Below are positions 29,368-42,800 of a DNA stretch of 50,708 nt, piece after piece; within the stretch, counting starts at the first letter, position 1, and each line of letters starts with the position of its first letter. This DNA is from Neocallimastix sp. 'constans' (taxonomy: Eukaryota), in NCBI GenBank assembly GCA_050613775.1, contig JBODTK010000147.1:372001-422708 (forward strand). Reading direction: 5' to 3'. The notes beneath the pieces were generated by a model. That model was not told the origin of the DNA. It did no database searches and saw nothing but the letters and a program-made list of their open reading frames with translations. The translations under genes were made by a program, and so were the position numbers.

Positions 29368-29769
29368 TTTTGATAATATATATGTAAATATATTTCTTAT
29401 TTCTTTATTTTATTATTATTATTATTATTATCATTTTCTTATTTATTAAATATAAATATAGATTTAAAAAAAAAATTAAAAGATTATATATATACATTTA
29501 TTATATTTAATTTTTTTTTTGGTATTAAATTTTAAATATTAAAAAATTAAATATAAAAATAAATTTTTTGAATGAAATTAATTTTAATTAATTATATATA
29601 TAATTATTCATTTTAATTGATATATTAGTTTTACTTTAAATATAAAAAAATTAAATATAAATATAAATTTTATTGAATGAAATTAATTCTAAGTAATTAA
29701 TTATTATTAATTTCATTCAAAAAATATATATTTAATTTTTTAATATATAATTAATTTCATTAATTTCAT

Positions 29770-30020
29770 TAATAAATAATAAATAATAAATAATAAATAA
29801 TTGAATAATTGAATAATAAATAATTAAATAATTGAATAATAAATAATTGAATAATAAATAATTAAATAATAAATAAATAAATAATAAATAATTGAATAAT
29901 AAATAATAAATAATTAATAATAAATAATAAATAATAAATAATAAATAATAAATAATAAATAATAATAAATAATAAATAATAAATAATAAATAATAAATAA
30001 TAAATATAAATAATTGAATA
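29770..30020. repeat. Degenerate (AATAAAT)n / AATTGAAT repeat tract
   Basis: Same 7-mer family as the tracts at 14545 and 23530. Confidence 0.8.
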
Positions 30021-33000
30021 ACTCGTGTTTTTCTGATAAAAGAGTTATTAGCATTTTATTATTCTAAATTAAAGGGTTTTTTATATTATCACATTATGGC
30101 TTATACATCATTATATTATATTCCATCATTTTATTACACTAATCATATATTTACATATTATACTAAATTAAATGTATATGTTTTATATTGTGGCTTATAC
30201 ATCAATCATATTACGATATACTTAAACAATCGTGGCTTATTACTAAGAAATTTCACATGTTCTAATAATTATAATGTTATATTATATATTTATAGATTAC
30301 TAAATATTTTATATCATTCATTAATAGTAGTTATGTAATTCAGATTATTATAAAAATGATATATAAAAAAAAAATTAAAATTAATACATAGTATTATAAT
30401 AAAAATAGATAGGAATTGGGTAATTATTATTATTATTATTTTTTATTTTTTTTTATTTTATTTATTTATCTTTATCAATGTCTATTAAATAAATAAAATG
30501 AAAAAAAAAAAAAAAAAAAAAATAAGAAAAAATAATTTTGTTACAGATAAATATAATAATTTATAAAATTAAAACCATTTAACATTAATTGATTTAAATA
30601 AATAAATATATAAAAAAATAAATAAAAAATAAAAAATAAATGAATAAATTCTTTTTTTTTTTTCTTTTTTTTATATATTCAACCTTAAACAACTATATAA
30701 AATTCAAATTCAAATTCAAATTCAAAAAAAAAAAAAAATAAAAATGAAATTTGTTAATTTTAATGTCAATCTAAATTGTAATTACGATGCAAATATAAAA
30801 TTTTTAAAAAGAAAAAAAAAATTATAATATTTTATATATTTATATTCAAGCATTATAAATATATTAAATTAATTAATCAATTGCAAATTCGTGACATAAA
30901 TAAAACGTGATCGAAAATAACGTGATAAAATTAAAATTATGTAAAGACATAAAATTATGAAAGAACATAAAAATTAATGTAAACATAAAATTTATGTAAT
31001 AAATTTTATGTTATGTTAAAATTGAAATAATTTATAATTTCATTTTATTATTTTTATTATTTTTATATTTAATATTTTATTTTATTATATTTTTAATTAT
31101 TTTAATAATTATTATTTTATATTAATATTTTATTAATTATAATAAATTTATATTTTTATTAATATTTTATGAATATTTTATATTTTATTTTATACTTTTA
31201 TCTTAAATACTTTAAATATTAAATAATTAATTTTTATTATTTTTAAAATAGTTTATAGTTAAAGAAAATTATAAAAAGAATACTTTTTCTTTAATTCTTT
31301 GCAATATTTTATGCCAATTTACTTCATACAATACTTAATTTATATTATATAATTACTTTTATATTTACAATGAATAATTAAATAAATGTAACAAATAAGT
31401 TTTATAATTACTTTTAAATTATAAATAAATAAAATTTTATAATTAAATAACAAATTTATAAAACTTCTCCCAACAAGAGAACTTGAACCAAAGGCGTACT
31501 TTATCATATAAATATAAAATAATACAAATATAATTAAAACATTGATTTATACTAAAATAAAATTTATTATTAATTATAAATATAATTAATATATAGAAAT
31601 CAAGCCACAAATTGAAAATACTTTAAAATCATTTGATTTAAATTTGATTTATGACATTAATTTATGTTTGAATCATAAAAACTATTTTATATTAATTAAG
31701 GTTTGAATATTTCATTTTATATCATATTTTATTTTTAAAATTTTTTATATTATATTAAATTTTTTATATTAACGTTACATTTTATTATTTTTTATTTAAT
31801 TTTAAAGTTTTTTTTATTCTTTTTCAAGTAAAATATAATGTTACACAAATGTATTCAAATATATTAATATTATTTAAAATTAAAAATTAAATTAAAAGTT
31901 AAATTAAAAATTAAATTAAAATTATATATATTGTATTTCTATCTATATGATATAAGCCATATCAATTGTTTTAAGAGTTTATAATAGTAATTATTATAAT
32001 TTAAATATTTTGGTATGTGGGTCAGTTTATTTTATTTTATATCAATTAATTTATATAAAACAACTTTTTTTTTTGAAAGATATAAATTCATTAATTAAAT
32101 TTATATATTTATAAATATAATTATTATTAATATATTATATTAATAATAATATATATAATCATAATTAATAGTTATAATATTTATTTATTAATAATTTTAT
32201 TTTTAATTTTTATATCAATTTTTATATCTACATAATATAAAATAAAAAAATGAATTTTTTGATTCATACCAATTTATATTTATTCACATAATCTATATCT
32301 ACTTTTTTTTTATATTTTTTGTTTATATAATCTGAATGCCGTTTTAACCAAAAAAGGGAAAAGAAGAACCAAAACAAAAATCAAAAAAAAAAAAAAATAA
32401 ACTCAAAACTATAATAAAAAAATTTTTTTTGTTTTTAAACGGTCAATTTTATTAATTTAATTCTATTCTTTTTTGTAAAGTTTTATATTCTTTTTTAATA
32501 TATTAATATATATAAATAGTTAGAAACTTTTAATCTGATCCAATCATTTATATTAAGTCAAAAGATTAATTAAACTTAATTTATAATTATTATAAATATA
32601 TAAAAAATTAAAAAAAAAAAATTAATATTTAAAAATTAATTAAATAAAAGAAAAAAAATATGAAACAGATAAAACAATGCTATTAATATTAAATAAAAAT
32701 AAGAAAAAAAAAAAATAAATTAATAATTATTTATATATATAATATAAATAACATATTTAAATATATATAAATAACTATAGAATTATATATATATATCAGT
32801 ATTACAGTATATAAATAACTATAGAATTATATATAAATATATATATTTATAAAATGAAAATAAAATAAAACAAATAAATAAATAGATTATAAATGAAATA
32901 GAAAATGTCATTGTATTCATTATATTAATAGTAATATTAATATTATATTAAAAATGAATATTGAAAAAATATTTTTTTCATATATAAAATAATTATTTTC

Positions 33001-33366
33001 CTTTATTTTATTTCTTCAACATTTTTAATTCTTTGCCTTATTTATTTTAAACTTTATAACTAAAAAAAAATTGTTTATATAATTTTTTTTATTTTTGTAT
33101 ATATAAATATAATATTTTTTTTTTAATTTTGTATTATAATTTAAATTTTTATTTTGTTAATATAGGATATTAGGAAATAAACAACAAAAAATTAAAACAA
33201 AAATAGAAATATATATAAACAATTTATAAATATATATATCTAATCAATCAATTTCAATAATTAATTTATTTACAAAAAATTAGAATATACATCTATTTTT
33301 TATTTTATTTTTATTATTTCCAACATAAAAGTATTGAAGTATAAAAATAAATAATAAAATAACAAA

Positions 33367-35421
33367 ATGAGATTATTCAGCGCTTTAGCCTTAGCTGGTT
33401 TATCTATATTAGGTACCCAGGCTATGTCTTCTATGGAATTAATTAAAAATATGAAAATTGGTTGGAGTTTGGGTAATACTTTAGATGCCAATTGTGCTGA
33501 TACTTTAAATTATGCTACCGATCAAACTGCATCTGAAACTTGTTGGGGTAATGTTAAGACTACAGAAGGTCTTTTCACTGCTTTAATGAAACAAGGTTTT
33601 GATACTTTCCGTATTCCAACCACTTGGGATGGTCACTTTGGTGATGGACCAAGTTACACTATTAACAGTGCATGGATGAAAAGAGTTCGTGAAGTCGTAG
33701 ATTATGGTTATAAGAATGGTGCTTATGTCATCTTAAATATTCATCATGAAAAGTGGAATTATGCTTTCGCTAATAATTTACAAAAAGCTCAAACTATTTT
33801 AGTTGCTATTTGGAAACAAATTGCTACTGAATTTGCTGATTATGATGAACATTTAATCTTTGAAGGTTTAAATGAACCAAGAAAGGTTGGTGATCCGGTA
33901 GAATGGACTGGTGGTGATAGTGAAGGTTGGGATTTCGTTAATCAAATGAATGCTCTTTTCGTTAAAACTATTCGTGGTTTAGGTGGAAATAACGCAAAAC
34001 GTCATTTAATGATTCCAACTTACGCTGCTACCACTCAAGATGGTGCTATTAATGCTTTCAAATTCCCATCAGGTGATAGTAATTTAATTGTTTCTCTTCA
34101 CGCTTACACTCCTTACAACTTTGCTTTAAATAACGGAGATGGTGCTGTAACCACCTTCAATAATCAAAGTGAATTAGATTCACTTTTCAATTTAATTAAA
34201 ACTAAATTTATTAGTCAAAATATTCCAGTTATTATTGGTGAATTTGGTGCCATGAGTCGTAATAATGATGCTGAACGTGCTAAATGGGCTGAAGCTTATA
34301 CTAAGGGTGCCAAGGCTATCGGTGTTCCTTGTGTTGTTTGGGATAATGGTGTCTTTGAAGGTAGTGGTGAACGTTTCGGTCTTATTGATAGAACTTCCTT
34401 CCAAATCAAGGCTCCTGAAGTTGTAAATGGTTTCATGAAGGGTATCGGTTCTACTGGTCCAGTTACTCCAACTAATAAACCAGCTCCAGCCTCAGGAAAT
34501 ACCCAAGCTCCAGCACCAGCTCAAGATAATAGTAACAACAGTAACGGTAATAGTAATGATACTCCAGTTGCTCCACCAGCTCCAATTGATAATAACGATG
34601 GTAATAATAATAGTGATACTACTAATGAAGTTCCTCAACCACCAGAAACTAATACTCCAGAACCAGCTAACAATAACAATAATGCCCCAGCTGGTCCATC
34701 ATTTGATGGAGGTTTCCCAGGTTTTGGTGGTAATAACAACAATGGTGGTGGTTTCCCAGGTTTCGGTGGTAACAACAATGGTGGAGGTTTCCCAGGTTTT
34801 GGTGGCAACAACAATGGTGGTGGTTTCCCAGGTTTTGGTGGCAACAACAATGGTGGTGGTTTCCCAGGTTTTGGTGGTAACAACAATGGTGGAGGTTTCC
34901 CAGGTTTCGGTGGCAACAACAATGGTGGAGGTTTCCCAGGTTTTGGTGGTAACAACAATGGTGGTTTCCCAGGTCAACCAGCTGCCCCAGAAGTTCCAGC
35001 CACTCCAGAAGCTCCAGCTCAACCAGAAGCTCCAACTGTTCCAGAAACACCAGCTCAACCAGAAGCTCCAACTGTTCCAGAAACACCAGCCCAACCAGAA
35101 GTTCCAGCTCAACCAGAAGTTCCAGCTCAACCAGAAGTTCCAGCTCAACCAGAAACACCAGCTGCTCCAGAAACACCAGCTCAACCAGAAGTTCCAACAC
35201 AACCAGAAACTCCAATTGTTCCAGAAGCTCCAGCTCAACCAGAAGCTCCAGCTAGTCAAGTTTCTGGAGATTATTTCAGTTGTGCCAAGGATGATTGGAG
35301 CTGTAAGCAAAGTATGGCCGATAAGTGTTATAAGGAAGCTGATAAATGCTATACCTCTTCCCAAGACTATCAAAAATGTGCTGATATTATTACCAATTGT
35401 AATAAGATTTGGAAAAACTAA
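33367..35421 (+). CDS. Secreted GH5 endoglucanase (GH5_4-like) with long repeat linker and C-terminal 6-Cys module, 684 aa, intronless
   Basis: Signal peptide [42 protein letters not shown], acid/base NEP (33871-33879), SLHAYTP, nucleophile GEFG (34237), WDNG. Then a Pro/Asn linker, 7x [12 protein letters not shown](A/T)xPE repeats and a Cys-rich tail. Confidence 0.95.
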   Translation: MRLFSALALAGLSILGTQAMSSMELIKNMKIGWSLGNTLDANCADTLNYATDQTASETCWGNVKTTEGLFTALMKQGFDTFRIPTTWDGHFGDGPSYTINSAWMKRVREVVDYGYKNGAYVILNIHHEKWNYAFANNLQKAQTILVAIWKQIATEFADYDEHLIFEGLNEPRKVGDPVEWTGGDSEGWDFVNQMNALFVKTIRGLGGNNAKRHLMIPTYAATTQDGAINAFKFPSGDSNLIVSLHAYTPYNFALNNGDGAVTTFNNQSELDSLFNLIKTKFISQNIPVIIGEFGAMSRNNDAERAKWAEAYTKGAKAIGVPCVVWDNGVFEGSGERFGLIDRTSFQIKAPEVVNGFMKGIGSTGPVTPTNKPAPASGNTQAPAPAQDNSNNSNGNSNDTPVAPPAPIDNNDGNNNSDTTNEVPQPPETNTPEPANNNNNAPAGPSFDGGFPGFGGNNNNGGGFPGFGGNNNGGGFPGFGGNNNGGGFPGFGGNNNGGGFPGFGGNNNGGGFPGFGGNNNGGGFPGFGGNNNGGFPGQPAAPEVPATPEAPAQPEAPTVPETPAQPEAPTVPETPAQPEVPAQPEVPAQPEVPAQPETPAAPETPAQPEVPTQPETPIVPEAPAQPEAPASQVSGDYFSCAKDDWSCKQSMADKCYKEADKCYTSSQDYQKCADIITNCNKIWKN

Positions 35422-36305
35422 ATGACCTTTGAATTTTCAAAATAAAAACTAATAAAAAGAAAATTTAGTAAAAAAAATAAAATTATTTTATTTTTAATTT
35501 ATAGAATTGATCCTATTAAACGAATTAAAAAAGAAAAAAAATAAATTTAATCATGAACTAAATAGAATTATTATATATATATATTTTTTATAATATATAT
35601 AATGAAGCATATCTACCATATAATAATAATATTAATAATATTTTATCCTAATTTTTTTTTTTTAATTAATCTTTATTGTAATATAAATAATAATGAGTTA
35701 AACAAAATATATATATATTTTTTTATAAAATTTTTAGTTAATATATAATAAAAACAAAATAAAAATTATTAATATAAAAATATATAAATGTAAATATATA
35801 TTAATATTTTTTTTTATTTGTGTAGTTTATATTATTACGATTTTTTATTTTTATGGTAATTTTTTATTCTATTTTATTTACTTTTTGTTATTGAATTATT
35901 TAAAGATTTAATTATTTATTTACTCGTGTAGAAGTATATTTATATATATAATTTGAGTGGAATAATTTTTTTTTACTAAATCATTCATTTACGAAGATTT
36001 TTTTTTTTTTTCATGATATAAGAATCAAAAATTTATATATATATATATATATATATTTTTAACGAAATTAAATAGAATTTATGATATAAATATAAAAATG
36101 TTGAATAATAACAAAACTACAATTCATATTCGTGAGAATAATATTGTTAATTCATGAATTCAAGATATATATATATAATAAAATATAAATAATATAATAA
36201 TAATAATAATATAAATATACTACTTTAAATAATAATACTTTTCTTTTTATAATATTAATTATTTTTAGTTCATGATTTTTTTTTTCATAATTTTAAATAA
36301 TTTTT

Positions 36306-36349
<44 letters not shown>

Positions 36350-36427
36350 AATTTAATAATATAATTTTTTGTATTACTACATTTTATATATTTATAATTA
36401 ATATTAATCTACATTATCATTAACTTA

Positions 36428-38690
36428 ATGGATAATGATAATCATGAATTATTTGATTTATTAATGGAATATGCAAAAGAAAAGGATGTAAAATTGAAAA
36501 TCAACGAAAACGATATTAAAAAAGTAATATCGAAAAATTTAAATAATGTAAAAATAAAGAAAATTTCAGAAATCAAAAACAAATTTATTAATCGATTATA
36601 TAAATATAAAAATGAAAATATAATTGAAATAAATTATAGTAAAAATAGTTGCTTAAAAAAAAGAATTGAAAAATTTATTGAAGAAAGAAAAAATAAGAAA
36701 AATGAAAAAAATAGAAATTACAATGAAATCTTATTAACATATGAATGTAAAAGGGGCAACATTAAAGAAGTAAAACAATTAATAAGTAATGGAGCAAAAA
36801 TAAATCAAAGAAACAAAGATGGTGATACCCCATTAATCATTGCATGTAAAAAAGGAAATAAAGAATTAGTGAAATATTTGTTAAAACATAAAGAAATCGA
36901 TATTAATAAAAATTCTAAATCTGGAATAAATCCATTATTTGTAGCATGTTATTTTAAAAATAAAGATTTAGTGAATTATCTTATTGATCATAATGCTAAA
37001 GTTGATATATTTGATAATAAAGAAAATTCCCCTCTTCATATAGCATGTTATTTAAATAGTACTGAAATTATAAAATTTTTAAAAAGTAAAGATATTGATA
37101 TAATAAACAAAGAAAATTCTTATAAATATACACCATTAAAAATTGCAGAAGAATTAAAGAATGAAGAAATGAAAAATTATTTAATTGGTAAAAAATAAAA
37201 TACAATAAAATAAAATAAAATAAAATAATATATAAACAAAATAATATATATATTTAATTATTACTATTTTAATGATTTATTACTTATTATTTCATTATGT
37301 ACTAATTTAAAAAAAAAATAAATATTTAATTTACATAGATAATGCCAGTGAAAACAATGATTCAGATAGGTATGATCTATATTGTATTAATATAATTAAT
37401 TAATAAATAAATATATTATTTAATATATAATTTGTTTTAAATTATATCTATTGAAATTAAATAAATTAAAATACTTTTATTTATTTATATTATTATTTTA
37501 TTATTTTATTATTTTATTATTTTATTATTTTATTATTTTATTATAAAAGTGAGAATACAAAATGTTCTTCAAGTTTGATTAATGAAAATATGTCAATCAA
37601 AATGAAACCTGTACCCCATAATAAATATAATAATATAAAAAATAATTCCATTTGTCAAATTAAAATCAATAAAAACAATGGTACAGGTTTTTTTATTGAA
37701 ATTCCAGTTCCATCGAAAGAATTCCCAATTCGTGGTTTAATGACAAATAATCATGTAATAAATGAAAATATTCTTAAATCAGATAAATCATTTATAATTT
37801 ATAAAGCAGAAAAAGCTATAGAAATAAAAATTAAAGAAAATCTAAGATTTGTATTTACATCCGAACTTTTAGATGTCACTTTTATGGAATTAGATGATGA
37901 TATAATTGATGATATTGAGCCAGAATTTCTTTATCCTAGTGATAAAGATGCTGAAGATGGTGAATCAATTTTAATCTTTCAATATGCTGAAACTAAATAT
38001 TCATTGGCTCACGGAAATATAAAATATGCCCGTAGTTTCAATTATTATCATGAAGCACCTACTGCTTCTGGATCATCTGGCTCACCACTTTTAAATACCA
38101 AATCTAAAGTAGTAGGTATTCATAAATCAAAAAAAATTGAAAATAATGATAAAGAATGTATAAATATAGCTACTAAATATACTGAAATTGAATTTGCCAT
38201 AAGAAAATTATATGAAAATAGTAACTTAGATGGAATAGAAAAAGCTCGAGAATCAGCGAAAGAATTAAGTGATACAGAAATAAATAAATTAAACGAATAT
38301 GGATTACAACCATTAAAATTATCTTCGGATGATATTGATGAAATAATAAATGAAATAAATATGATAAAAGAAGAAGACGAAAAGAAAATCAAACTTGAGG
38401 AATTAAAAATATTAAAGAAATCACTATTTTATTGCAAATTTTCAAAAAGATTGTTATTTTATAGAACAAATTTTTCATGGTACATTACAGTGGTATCCGA
38501 AAAAAAGAGTAAAAATAATTATTTTTCAAAAGATGAATATAATTTAAATGATGTAAGAAAATTAAAATGGATAGCCATTACTTCAAATAATGAAAAGATA
38601 ATAAAAAAAATCGACAATAAAATTATAGGATTTGGTAGAGAACATGTTTTAATTACATGGCTAGGATTAACAGATTTAGATTATTTGTAA
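36428..38690 (+). CDS. Ankyrin + trypsin-like serine protease, short copy, ~643 aa; join(36428..37187,37339..37369,37550..38690)
   Basis: Four canonical ankyrin repeats (e.g. DGDTPLIIAC, ENSPLHIAC). Donors GT at 37188 and 37370 and acceptors AG at 37337-8 and 37548-9 keep the frame (760+31+1141=1932 nt). Triad: His in TNNHV (37752), Asp in LDVTF (37872), Ser in GSSGSP (38076). Confidence 0.85.
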
Positions 38691-38859
38691 AATTCATAAA
38701 TTAAAAAAAAAAAAAAAATAAATAAATCAATAATAATAAAATTATTAATGTCAATGAAAATAAAAATATATTAGTAAAATAAAAATTAAAAAATAAAAAA
38801 AATAAAAATATTTATATATAAATATTATTGTCAATATTATTATTAATAGTTGTATTTTT

Positions 38860-39150
38860 ATTTTTATTTTATTTTATTTTTATTTTTATTTTTGTTTTTA
38901 TTTTTATTTTTTATTTTTATTTTTATTTTTATTTTTATTTTTATTTTTATTTTTATTTTTATTTTTATTTTTATTTTTATTTTTATTTTTATTTTTATTT
39001 TTATTTTTATTTTTATTTTTATTTTTATTTTTATTTTTATTTTTATTTTTATTTTTATTTTTATTTTTATTTTTATTTTTATTTTTATTTTTATTTTTAT
39101 TTTTATTTTTTATTTTTATTTTTATTTTTATTTTTATTTTTATTTTTATT
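38860..39150. repeat. (TTTTTA)n microsatellite
   Basis: Long hexamer run that produces spurious FY/FI-repeat ORFs. Confidence 0.95.
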
Positions 39151-39869
39151 TTTCTTTATTTTATTTAGTAATATTATTATTGCTACGTATTATTATTATT
39201 ATGCATTATTTTTTTTAGTTAATATTATTTTATAAAAGAATATGAAATAAAAGGAAAAAAATTTATCCTTCATAAATATATATGATATATATTATTTATG
39301 TGTTTAATATAATAATATGTAAGTATTATAGTTAACAGTGAGAAAAGTGGATAGTACATTTATGATATTATTATCTTCGTTAAACTTTTGTATTATTTTG
39401 CACATGTAATTATCTATGGTATTATTTAAACTTATGTAACTATTGTAAAATGGAAATGTAGAAGATTGAGGGTTAGTTAATATATGATTATTTTTCAGAA
39501 AATTATTACGTAAAATAGAGCCTTATTAACCGAAAATTAAAAATTTTTTTTTTTAAAAAAAAAAAGGTTATTAATAATAAAATATGCTTAAATATTTGAC
39601 AATGAAAAGAAAAGAGAAAGAAAGAGAAAAAAAAATTATATACTGATAATTTGACAACACAAAGTTGATTTTTATCCGTGGTAAATACTCATGGAACAAT
39701 GCTAAATGAAGTAATTTATTCATTTTAGAATACAAAAAAAAATTCAATAATAATATTTTGTTAGTGAAAAAAGGATTACTAATTTTAATGAAAGTTTTTA
39801 GAATTAAATTATAAAACATAAACTCCAAATTTTAACGATTTAAAATTTTAAATTAACATTTAAAAAAAA

Positions 39870-42800
39870 AAAACAATATCAGGTTGTAAAAATTTCAAAT
39901 TTTAGATATTCCAAAAGGAATCATAGGGTTTCTATTTAGCATTTAATTCAAAAATTGATATCCAAAAAAAAAAAATACAAGCTCAGCATATCCCGGTTCA
40001 ACTGATTTAGTAAATGTTGTAAATGCTAATCATATACCCAATACTTCTAATATACCTAATTTTAATTCACAAAATCCAGTTTCACATTCTAACTTAGAAA
40101 AGTTTTCATTTTGTCTTAGCTGAAATACCAATGGATGGTATTTTGTGAAAAGAAATTAGTATTGAGTGCTTCAACACGATTTTTTAAAACCATTATTTCT
40201 ATGTTTACAGGAAATGGGTAATGGTACCAATAATGGTGTTTTATTTTATTTATTTTCTTTATTTATATCTGCTCCATGTTCTACTAAACATTTTGCTAAA
40301 TTTTTATTTCTAAGGATACTAGAAATCCATGCAAAGTAACACTTCCTAACTAAGAAATTTTCCAAAAAAGAATGGATCCATAAATTCCAGATTGCAGAGG
40401 TTTATATCTTGGGTATCATGTCTCATGTCAAGCTGTCCTTTGAAGATAATTCCTATACTCATCTTGTTTCTTTAACAGCATCATAGTCTATGGAATTATC
40501 CTAAGTGTTTTGCAGGTGATGCTTATATTTCCACTAAGAAACACTCACTACAAGTCTGAAATATATTCTCTGAAGTTTTCACGTACTTCAAAATCACACT
40601 AATCATCCCATTTATTATTATTAGAGAATTTAACATGAGCACCACTGATTTACAAGACAAATTAGCAAATAAATAACCTTGGTAGTTGGTTTATTCTTCT
40701 GATTAATGGTACATCTATTTCATGGACTAGAGGTAGATATTCATCAGATATTGATCATGTTACAATCAACTCAAGTATACTGGATAAAATATTAAGTGCT
40801 TATTTTATTGATTATCCTTATGTATCCGATCACAAACCACTCGTAGTTTATTGTAAGAAAACTACCATAGATGAAGAGTTTTTGTTACCAAAAAAAATTT
40901 TATTAAGTGAGATAGGTATAAATGTCTTAAATTTAAGAAAGAATTTTGTGATCACAATAAATTTAAGATTATTAGTGAAGAATTATGAAATAGAGAACTT
41001 TCAACAGATAGTATAGTTGAAAAGTTCTTCAACACTACTACTAATTCCATTTCTAAAGATTTACTGATTGCATCTTCAGCAGAAATCAGAAAAGCGATGT
41101 TCAGAAATGTCCCTGCAAAATCTATTGTCTTCAAAAGGTAAAACATCTAAAGTATGATCAAATTAAGTTTTATAAAGCTTGATGTTTTTCTAATGAATTT
41201 GTTAACATTGTTGTCTCATATAATAAACTATGTGAATAAATACATAATATATGTAACGAATTTAGGAAAAAAAGAATATTTATATTGGATTAAAATTGGT
41301 TGGTCGTTAGCTCTTAAAAACGATAGTAGAAAAGCATGGAAATAGGTAAAAAAAGAATCCAAAAATAAATAATCAATCTTTCACTGTCTCTCTTCCTATT
41401 AAAAACAATAACAATAAACTAGTTTTTTCTACAGATGAAAAATTAAAAGCATGGCATTCTCATTATAAATTCTTAGGGTTGGATTCTTCAGGTCATAGTC
41501 TTTCTAAAGAATTATATGAAAGATTCCAATGAACTTAGGAATTTTGGAAATCCAAGGCATCAAGAATGGGAAATTAACCATGATAATATCGATGAAGAAA
41601 TTAGCGAGATAATCTCATCTACGCCTAAATTTAAAGTTTGTAGTCCTGATGGTATTCCAATAGAATTCTTCAAAGCTTTGAATCCCTGTAAAGATGATTC
41701 AGAAGAATCATGTGAAAATAATAGTAATATTTCATCTGGCTTTAAATGTCTCAAAACCTTAATCCATCGTATTTGGAATGGTGATTTCCCAAAATCATGG
41801 AATAATGCATCAATAATTTCTATTCATAGAAGGGGCGATCTATCAAATTGTAATAATAATCGTGGCATCTCTCTTATCATTAATGGGTTATAAATTGTGG
41901 CAAAAATCATTGCTAATAGGATCTCTAAATATGGAATTGATAAAGGATTTATTAAACCTGAACAATATGGATTTCGTAATAGAGAAAAATGAATAAGTTT
42001 TTACACTTCATTAAGAATTATATGTCAGAGACGAATACTTGAAAATAAGGATACTTACCTTACTTTTTTGGACCTTAAAAAAGCGTATGACTAAGTTTCT
42101 ATATATAATGAATTAATGAAAATTCATCACATAAGTATTTGAAGTAAGTGATATAAATTTATTGAAAACTTATACTCATCTTCAAAAACTTGCGTAAAGG
42201 TTGATGGATAATTATCAGAATCATTTAGTATTAAGAAAGGGTGTTCGTTAAGGTTGTCACCTCTCCCCAATTTTATTTAAATTGTTCATAAATGACATTT
42301 TTGCAATAAATATGAAACCTCTATTAGTGATAAATATTATTTTGGAGGTCTCTTCGCAGATGACATTGTAATATGTACTCCTACAAGATCTCAACTTTGA
42401 AAACTGTTAAATTTAGTCAGTAAGTGAGCTAAAAAAAAAAATAGGAAATTCAATTTTACATCAAAAAATACACAAGTTTAGTAGTACGAGGAGAATTATT
42501 AAAAATTTTTAATTAAAAAAAAAAAATTCCTATTTTTTATCTTTCAAGACAAGAGATACCTAAAACAAATTGTTATAACTACCTAGGTGTACCATTTTCA
42601 AATGATTTAGAACTGAAACCAATCTACAATGAATGAATAATAAAGCTAGAAAAGCGTTTTATTCCATTGAAGGATTTTTTTTAAGAATCATCTTATTCCT
42701 CTAATCCAATAAATTTCCTTTAAAAAAAGCAATTGTAAAATTTTATTGGAATAGGGATATGACAGGAAAATCAATCAAGGCAATGACTAATAAGAGAAAT

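Larger units (their letters stand above)
23930..29700. repeat. Tandem segmental duplication (~23930-26200 vs ~27180-29700), each unit carrying one coiled-coil gene
   Basis: Shared non-coding anchors: tgaccctgaatttt, gtatactgttttattg, tagtaatcaatatcatgtaaatctattat, aatgattaataagctgaa, ttattgaatgaaattaatt. The CDSs are also paralogous. Confidence 0.85.

Noticed and set aside
30020..30340. 80-aa ORF with repeated TGGCTTAT(A) motifs
   Set aside because: No protein-like features; three short repeats are too few to call an element.
34556..35425. Long overlapping alternative-frame and antisense ORFs in the GH5 linker
   Set aside because: By-products of stop-free tandem repeats in the real CDS.
40100..42700. 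RIP-like C->T mutagenesis of the LINE (e.g. probable CAA->TAA in GVRQG)
   Set aside because: Isolated examples only; this needs a family consensus to test.
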